In this document: positions 58,240 through 64,000 of the stretch, piece by piece | Position numbering within the stretch: position 1 is the stretch's first letter | How the letters are laid out: every line of letters starts with the position of its first letter | Source: a virus | Virus record (IMG/VR): IMGVR_UViG_3300021961_000063 | Coordinates: 11,207 to 75,206 of that record | Reading direction: 5' to 3' (one strand) | DNA: 64,000 nucleotides | Made by a program: the position numbers and the translations under genes | Notes under the pieces: model-generated | The model's database searches: none | What the model saw: only the letters and a program-made list of their open reading frames with translations | What the model was told of the DNA's origin: nothing

Positions 58240-59435
58240 AAAAACTATTGTTTTTAGCAGTTGGGGCATTGATGATGCTCAACTCATGCAAAAAAGATCC
58301 AATCGAACCAACAATTGATACGGTTTTAGTTGGAACGTTAACTCAAGACAAAACCTTGACATCAGACAAAGTATGGACATTAAAAGGCTACGTTTACGTT
58401 CCTGAAGGTGTTACTTTAACTATTGAAGCAGGAACCACTATCAAAAGTGACATTGCTGAAAAAGGTGCTTTGTGTATTGAAAGAGGAGCAAAAATTATGG
58501 CCGAAGGTACTGCTGATAAGCCTATTGTATTTACTTCTGGTCAAGCCAGTCCTGCACCTGGTGATTGGGGTGGAGTTATTTTGTTAGGTAAAGCAACTAC
58601 CAACAGAACAACTGAACCAACAATTGAGGGTGGTATTGGAAGACCTTATGGAGGTAATGATGACAATGACAATTCAGGTGTATTAAAGTATGTTAGAGTT
58701 GAGTATGCCGGTATTGCTGCCTTCCCTAATTCAGAAATTAATGCTTTTACATTTGGTGCTGTTGGTGCAGGTACTACAGTTGAATTCTGTGAATCTTATT
58801 ATGGTAATGATGATGCGTTTGAATTCTTTGGAGGTACAGTTAGTCCAAAGTACTTAGTTGCCGTTGGTACTGCTGATGATGATTATGATTTTGATTTTGG
58901 TTATAGGGGAACTATCCAATATGCTATTTCAAAACGTGATCCTCAATTTGTTGATGGTGCTGATGCCGGGAATGGAATTGAATGTGATAATGATGGAACT
59001 GGTTCTTCAGCTACTCCAACTACTCATCCAACATTATTGAACTTTACTTTGATTGGACCTGCTACTTCAAATGCTGCTGCTAATCATAATTTGGCTATGA
59101 GATGGAGACGTGCAAGTCAATTCACAGTTGTGAACTCTATCTTTTATGGATACTTAAAAGGTGGTTTAAGTTTAGAGAGTGATGAAACCGCTCAAGCATT
59201 TAAAGACGGTGTAAGCAAATTTGTAAATAACTATGTCTCGGCTGTTGATACTACTAAATTAACAATTAGTAAATCTTCAGTAATTGCTTCATCTGAAATG
59301 CCTGGTGTTGCTTCAACCTCAACATTCAGTACCTCACAAGTTGCTCCATTCAATAATATGTTTGAATCAAATACAAACATCGGGGCTATTCCTTTCGGTA
59401 CACCAAATTGGTTATTAGGTTGGACTAAGTTCTAA
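58236..59435 (+). CDS. Surface lipoprotein with beta-helix, partner of the TBDR
   Basis: Lipobox LNSC+KKD; LTIEAGT, PIVFTS, GDWGG.ILLG.A, DNSG.LKYVR.EYAG, DDAFEFFGG, W..GWT. Confidence 0.85.
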   Translation: MKKLLFLAVGALMMLNSCKKDPIEPTIDTVLVGTLTQDKTLTSDKVWTLKGYVYVPEGVTLTIEAGTTIKSDIAEKGALCIERGAKIMAEGTADKPIVFTSGQASPAPGDWGGVILLGKATTNRTTEPTIEGGIGRPYGGNDDNDNSGVLKYVRVEYAGIAAFPNSEINAFTFGAVGAGTTVEFCESYYGNDDAFEFFGGTVSPKYLVAVGTADDDYDFDFGYRGTIQYAISKRDPQFVDGADAGNGIECDNDGTGSSATPTTHPTLLNFTLIGPATSNAAANHNLAMRWRRASQFTVVNSIFYGYLKGGLSLESDETAQAFKDGVSKFVNNYVSAVDTTKLTISKSSVIASSEMPGVASTSTFSTSQVAPFNNMFESNTNIGAIPFGTPNWLLGWTKF

Positions 59436-59461
59436 TTAAAATAAAATTATAATTTAATTTG

Positions 59462-59482
59462 GAGGGGCGTAAGCCCCTCTTT
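59462..59482 (+). terminator. Hairpin terminator after lipoprotein gene
   Basis: GAGGGGC-gtaa-GCCCCTC-TTT. Confidence 0.65.
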
Positions 59483-59515
59483 ACATTCTGGTTATAAATA
59501 ACAATATTTATTGAC

Positions 59516-60568
59516 ATGATTAGATTTATCCCCTTACTAAAAGAAGTAGCAGAAGGAGAGAAAAAAATATTATTTCCACTTTCTACAGGTGGAGCCAAAA
59601 CATTAATTTTACTTCCGGGGTCAGGTGCTAATGGTGGACAAGGTAAAGGTGATTTTAATCAATTAGCTAAATCTTTAGGTAAAAATTTTTCAGTGTATAC
59701 TGCTAATTTTTCTAATGAATTAGATGTAAGAAAATATGCTGAGGAAATAGCCGACGAAATAAAAAATAATCCTAATATAAAAAACTTTGCTGTTGGTGGA
59801 TTTTCTATTGGTGGTGCTATGGCTTGGCATTTGGCTAGAGTATTGAAAGATTTAAAAGTTGATAAGTTTGCTAATAAATTGTTTTTTATAGATAGTGGAA
59901 TTGCTGATTCAACAGATAAATTCGTTGATGATATGGTAGCAGGTAATACCCCTAGAGTAGCTATTGCCCAACCCTTAAGTGTATTTAAGAAAAATAGAGC
60001 AGGTAGTAACCTAACACCTAATGAAGAACAACAAATCAAAAACTTTTATAAAGATGCTGATTTAAATACTTTTAAAAAAGAAAACGAAGGTAATTATCTA
60101 GAGTATGTTGGTAGTAAATTTCCACCTGCTGATTCTGAAATTGAAAAACAGGCTAAAGGTATTAATCAAAAAGATCCTTGGGTAATTGAGGATAAGTATG
60201 ATACTACAAATTTTGAAACACGATATAGTGTTAAACCTAAACAAATAAAAGGTAAAACTTTTAAGATAGGTGACCCTATGGATTATAAAGATTTTGCCGA
60301 AAGAGATACCAAAAAGAAAGTAGGTTTAGGTAGAGAATTATCAGGAGGTAAAAAATTAGGTCCTTTAAGTGGTGTTGAAATTATTTCTTTAATTGCTGGT
60401 GATAAAAAAGAAGGTAAAAAATCACCAGAGGAAATAGAGGCAGCAAAAAAAGAAGCAGCGAACGCAACCTCAGGAGCAGCATCAGATGTAGTAGTTATAG
60501 ATGGAGCTACACACAACACTATAACTAAATCACCTAAACTACCATCAGCCATTTCATCTAAATTTTAA
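59516..60568 (+). CDS. Alpha/beta-hydrolase (thioesterase-like)
   Basis: LPGSG, GFSIGG nucleophile elbow, FFIDS, C-terminal DGATH. Confidence 0.7.
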   Translation: MIRFIPLLKEVAEGEKKILFPLSTGGAKTLILLPGSGANGGQGKGDFNQLAKSLGKNFSVYTANFSNELDVRKYAEEIADEIKNNPNIKNFAVGGFSIGGAMAWHLARVLKDLKVDKFANKLFFIDSGIADSTDKFVDDMVAGNTPRVAIAQPLSVFKKNRAGSNLTPNEEQQIKNFYKDADLNTFKKENEGNYLEYVGSKFPPADSEIEKQAKGINQKDPWVIEDKYDTTNFETRYSVKPKQIKGKTFKIGDPMDYKDFAERDTKKKVGLGRELSGGKKLGPLSGVEIISLIAGDKKEGKKSPEEIEAAKKEAANATSGAASDVVVIDGATHNTITKSPKLPSAISSKF

Positions 60569-60604
60569 TTTGGAAGGTCAAAAGGCCTTTTTTATATTAT
60601 AGTT

Positions 60605-61606
60605 ATGAACAAACTAGACGCTCAATATCAACAACTACTTAAAGACATACTTGAGTATGGAGTAGAAAAACAAGATAGAACGGGAACTGGAACTAAAAGC
60701 TTGTTTGGTTATACAATTAGGCATAACATGCAAGATGGATTTCCATTATTGACTACCAAGAAAATGGCGTGGAAGACGATGGTAACTGAGTTACTTTGGT
60801 TCTTAAAAGGAGATACTAACATTAAGTACTTAGTTGATAATGGATGTAACATTTGGAACGGTGATGCTTATAAACGCTACCATAATCATTTTGCAGGCCA
60901 TGAAGATGTTCCAACTCAAGAATGGTTTATCAACGAAATTAAAACTAATGATGAGTTTGCTAATAAATGGGGTGAGTTAGGTCCTATCTACGGTAAACAA
61001 TGGAGAAGTTGGACTATTAACGATGAACACATTGATGGCACAACTTATTTCGACTATCCTAACGTAGACCAAATCGCTAACCTTATCAATGATCTTAAGA
61101 ATAATCCCGATTCAAGAAGAATGATGGTTAATGCTTGGAACGTAGGTGAACTACCTGAGATGGTTCTACCTCCTTGTCATTATGGATTCCAGGTCTATAC
61201 TAGAAAGCTAACTCCGGCAGAAAGAATGCTTGGATACAGACAAAAAGGTTACATTGAGAATTTAGATCCACTTGATTGGGCTCCTGAAAGAGCAATCTCA
61301 TTAATGTGGAATCAAAGATCGGTTGATGCCTTCCTAGGTTTGCCGTTTAATATTGCATCATATGGTTTATTATTAACGATGATTGCTGAGGAAGTGAATA
61401 TGGTGCCTGACCAATTAATCGGTAGTTTAGGTGATACTCATTTATATTTGAATCATATCGAACAAGCAAAAGAACAAATTGGAAGAAAACCATTTGAACT
61501 ACCAACAGTGGAAATAGATAAGGTAGATGTATTGAAAGGTGAAGTAGAATTAGAATTAAAAAACTATCTACACCATCCTGCAATCAAAGCACCATTAAGT
61601 AACTAA
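60605..61606 (+). CDS. thyA: Thymidylate synthase
   Basis: DRTGTGT, FPLLTTKK, ELLWF, GPIYG.QWR, SRR, LPPCH, QRS.D.FLGLPFN, H.Y.NH. Confidence 0.96.
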   Translation: MNKLDAQYQQLLKDILEYGVEKQDRTGTGTKSLFGYTIRHNMQDGFPLLTTKKMAWKTMVTELLWFLKGDTNIKYLVDNGCNIWNGDAYKRYHNHFAGHEDVPTQEWFINEIKTNDEFANKWGELGPIYGKQWRSWTINDEHIDGTTYFDYPNVDQIANLINDLKNNPDSRRMMVNAWNVGELPEMVLPPCHYGFQVYTRKLTPAERMLGYRQKGYIENLDPLDWAPERAISLMWNQRSVDAFLGLPFNIASYGLLLTMIAEEVNMVPDQLIGSLGDTHLYLNHIEQAKEQIGRKPFELPTVEIDKVDVLKGEVELELKNYLHHPAIKAPLSN

Positions 61607-61611
61607 TATTT

Positions 61612-62274
61612 ATGAATATGAATTATATAGATTCGGATCCTAGCCATGATTGGGGAATTATTAGAACCAATGAGGTAAATTACAATTTAACAGATAAACG
61701 TTTTTTTGTTGTAGATAATTTTTATGAGGATCCTTATCAAATTAGGGATTTTGCCTTACAACAAACATATTTTCCAGGTGAAGGTGCTGTTGGTCATAGA
61801 ACTCGTAAGCAATTTTTATTTGATGGGTTAAAACAACAATTTGAATCAATAATGGGTATTCAAATTCAGGATCATACAGATGATGGATATGGTTGGTATG
61901 ATATTGGGATTAATGGTCGTTTCCAATATTGTCCTGGTGGAACCCCTAGTGTATTTCATTGTGATTCACAAAAATGGGCAGCTGTTATTTATTTAACACC
62001 AGATGCTCCTCCACAAGGTGGAACTAGTTTTTTTAGACATAAAGAAACTAAAATTCACCATAATTCTCAAATTAATTGGGAAAATGGGGATGGAATGAAA
62101 GTGTTTAATCAAAAAACATTTTTAGATGGAACTCCATATGAAACAGTAGATACTGTAGGTAATGTATTTAATAGATTAGTTATTTTTGATGGTGGTTTAA
62201 TTCACTCTGGAATAAATTATTTTGGATGGGATATTGAATCAAGTAGGTTGTTTCAAATATTTTTCTTTTGCTAA
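61612..62274 (+). CDS. 2OG-Fe(II) oxygenase (DUF6445-like)
   Basis: VVDNFY.DP, H.D, AAVIYL.P, GGT.F, FNRLV.F, H, R..Q.FF. Confidence 0.8.
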   Translation: MNMNYIDSDPSHDWGIIRTNEVNYNLTDKRFFVVDNFYEDPYQIRDFALQQTYFPGEGAVGHRTRKQFLFDGLKQQFESIMGIQIQDHTDDGYGWYDIGINGRFQYCPGGTPSVFHCDSQKWAAVIYLTPDAPPQGGTSFFRHKETKIHHNSQINWENGDGMKVFNQKTFLDGTPYETVDTVGNVFNRLVIFDGGLIHSGINYFGWDIESSRLFQIFFFC

Positions 62275-63056
62275 TGAACCAAATTCCAGTTATAGGAACA
62301 GCAGTGGTAAATGGAGTCCACTGGGTTAAAAGGTTAATAGAAAGCGTAGATTTTCCTGTAGATAATTTTGTTATCTTTAACAATAATGGAAAAGGTGAAA
62401 TTACTGAGCAACTAGATGAATTGTCACGTGAATTTTATCGTTATATAAACAAAGTAACCGTTTGTCACATGCCTTCTAATATTGGTGTGGCGGGAGCGTG
62501 GAATTTAATAATTAAATCGTATATGAAAGCTCCTTATTGGATTATTACCAACCACGATGTTGCTTTTGTTCCTGGTTTGTTAAAAGAAATGTTTCAAGTA
62601 GCCTCTAATCCTGAAATAGGAATGGTTCATCCTAACGGAGGTGATTTCGGTGATGGTAGTTATGATTGTTTTTTAATTAAAGATTGGGTAATTCAGAGTC
62701 ATGGTTTGTTTGATGAAAATTTTTATCCTGCTTATTGTGAGGATGCTGATTACATAATGAGAGTTCATAATAAACCTTTTCAACGAGTAACTCAATTGTC
62801 TCAAGTTCATTTACATGGAGATGGTTTAGCTACTGAATATTATACTCATGGTGCTCAAACTAAAAAAGCTACTCCGGAACTAAATGCTCGTTTAGATAGT
62901 ATAAACGAAATAAATTTTTCGTATATGAATCAAAAATGGGGAACAGGATGGAGAATGACTAATCCTTGGAAACATCCTATGAACAGAGTAGGTATTCCTT
63001 TAGGATACACTACTTATGATTTAGATTTTGTAAGAGGAAAAAATCTAGGATTTTAA
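62268..63056 (+). CDS. Glycosyltransferase (GT-A/GT2-like)
   Basis: NIGVAGAWN, NHDV, GLFDENFYPAY.ED.DY. Confidence 0.8.
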   Translation: MLMNQIPVIGTAVVNGVHWVKRLIESVDFPVDNFVIFNNNGKGEITEQLDELSREFYRYINKVTVCHMPSNIGVAGAWNLIIKSYMKAPYWIITNHDVAFVPGLLKEMFQVASNPEIGMVHPNGGDFGDGSYDCFLIKDWVIQSHGLFDENFYPAYCEDADYIMRVHNKPFQRVTQLSQVHLHGDGLATEYYTHGAQTKKATPELNARLDSINEINFSYMNQKWGTGWRMTNPWKHPMNRVGIPLGYTTYDLDFVRGKNLGF

Positions 63057-63061
63057 CTAAA

Positions 63062-63114
63062 TTTGGCTTTTTAAATTCCTTTCATTATATTCACGTCGTA
63101 AAAATAAAGTTATG
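63062..63114 (+). promoter_or_regulatory. Early-type promoter
   Basis: TTTGG-N19-TATATTCACGTC...AAAGTTATG. Confidence 0.75.
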
Positions 63115-63354
63115 ACAAATAGAGTTATTGAACTTGACCTTCATGGTGTTAGACACGAGGACGTGATTGACATAGTAGAGGAATGGGCTTTACTTTGGGA
63201 TTATCGTGTTGAAGGTTTTAGTGGTAAAATTATCACTGGTAATAGTGCTAAAATGAAAACGTTGGCCGAAGGTGCTTTACGTAAACACAATTTCGATTAC
63301 AGACATATGTCTGATGGTTCAATTCTAGTAAATGGAAAGTTATGGATAAAATAA
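63112..63354 (+). CDS. Stand-alone Smr-domain-like protein
   Basis: LDLHG, IITG, G...V. Confidence 0.65.
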   Translation: MTNRVIELDLHGVRHEDVIDIVEEWALLWDYRVEGFSGKIITGNSAKMKTLAEGALRKHNFDYRHMSDGSILVNGKLWIK

Positions 63355-63830
63355 GTTATGAAAATCGTTACAATGATGTTTTCACATTCACTAAACTAGA
63401 AAATGGTGATGTGTTGTGGGAAGGTAATTTTAAGTGGTGTCGTTTTGGATGGCCTAATGTTTATGATAGAGCATATGAGGCGTATTGTGCTGATGTAGAC
63501 ACTGATGATAGAATGGCAATGGGTGAATTCAAAAATGCAGTTCATGAGTATGATAATGAAAAAAGTGAATATACTCCACTAGCTAAACAATACCAAAAAC
63601 TAATTTATTCAGATACTAAAAAAATAAGTATGGTTGACCCATCAGGTGGTCCTTATATTACTGAAGGTCAAATGTTATCTCATATTATTGGAGGTGATGA
63701 AATGAATGTGATTGTAGAGAGTTTTGAGCCAGTAGAAACAGGTTATTTGATTAAAACTAAACCACATGAATATGATCCGAATGATATGTCACATTTGGAG
63801 GATAGAGATATTATAGGAGGAATTATATGA
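63342..63830 (+). CDS. Hypothetical protein
   Basis: NRY...F, VDPSGGPYI..G. Confidence 0.65.
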   Translation: MDKISYENRYNDVFTFTKLENGDVLWEGNFKWCRFGWPNVYDRAYEAYCADVDTDDRMAMGEFKNAVHEYDNEKSEYTPLAKQYQKLIYSDTKKISMVDPSGGPYITEGQMLSHIIGGDEMNVIVESFEPVETGYLIKTKPHEYDPNDMSHLEDRDIIGGII

Positions 63831-64000
63831 GAATGAAAGTTGAAGTAAAAGATAATAAAACATTCAAACAACGTTTGGAGGATTTGAAATACACTATTTT
63901 ATTTTGGAAGGGTCGTAAGATGAAGTATATTACCACCCGTAATTTAGAATGGAGCGATATTCGTTATATTTTCTTTCTAACTGAAGAGGACAAGTATGGA
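63827..64000 (+). CDS. Hypothetical protein (3' truncated)
   Basis: ATGA overlap; frame open to window end. Confidence 0.5.
   Translation, partial: MRMKVEVKDNKTFKQRLEDLKYTILFWKGRKMKYITTRNLEWSDIRYIFFLTEEDKYG

Noticed and set aside
60605-61606. dNMP hydroxymethylase rather than ThyA
   Set aside because: Canonical ThyA motifs, including the dUMP-specifying Asn in PFN, are intact
3471-62383. Numerous minus-strand and nested ORFs in the track (e.g. 5513-5704, 14565-14921, 35598-36042, 56163-56573, 59659-60039)
   Set aside because: They are shadows of well-supported genes, with no motifs, promoters or start context
1-64000. Stop-codon reassignment, as seen in some Bacteroidota phages
   Set aside because: Conserved genes are full length in code 11, coding density is high, and TAA, TGA and TAG all end genes
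1-64000. tRNA, tmRNA or rRNA genes
   Set aside because: Intergenic gaps are short; GTTCGAATC matches near 19576 and 50154 are inside CDSs with no cloverleaf

Overview
This is a 64-kb, AT-rich, densely coding segment of a large lytic tailed dsDNA phage with a myovirus-like baseplate. All genes but one are on the + strand and use the standard code. The host is almost certainly Bacteroidota (inference), based on TTTG/TAnnTTTG-type promoters, start sites without Shine-Dalgarno sequences, signal peptides cleaved before Gln, a T9SS C-terminal domain and a C-KKD lipoprotein. Gene order: tape measure/baseplate; replication (PolA-like, SSB, RecA/UvsX, 5'-3' exonuclease, helicase, NrdJ); a 7-deazaguanine cluster (divergent TGT/DpdA-like, QueC, QueD, QueE, HPRT, FolE) interrupted by a fibre-like late cassette; PolB, clamp and loaders; Hsp20, GroES and GroEL; a Cas4-like nuclease; a glycosyltransferase-sulfotransferase-APS kinase module; many small early genes; an envelope island (T9SS cargo, TonB-dependent receptor, surface lipoprotein); and ThyA, a 2OG-Fe(II) oxygenase and a glycosyltransferase. 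The most notable items are: (1) a compact TBDR-lipoprotein pair behind a PhoB-type 11-bp triple repeat; (2) hsp20 enclosed by a 17/18-nt long-range inverted repeat whose 3' arm can alternatively pair with the gene's SD-like sequence; (3) a putative self-contained PAPS/sulfation pathway; (4) two Fur-box-like 9-1-9 palindromes; (5) two clear promoter classes and a structured 5' leader RNA. No tRNA, rRNA or CRISPR array was seen. All product calls rest on motif recognition by eye, with no database searches.
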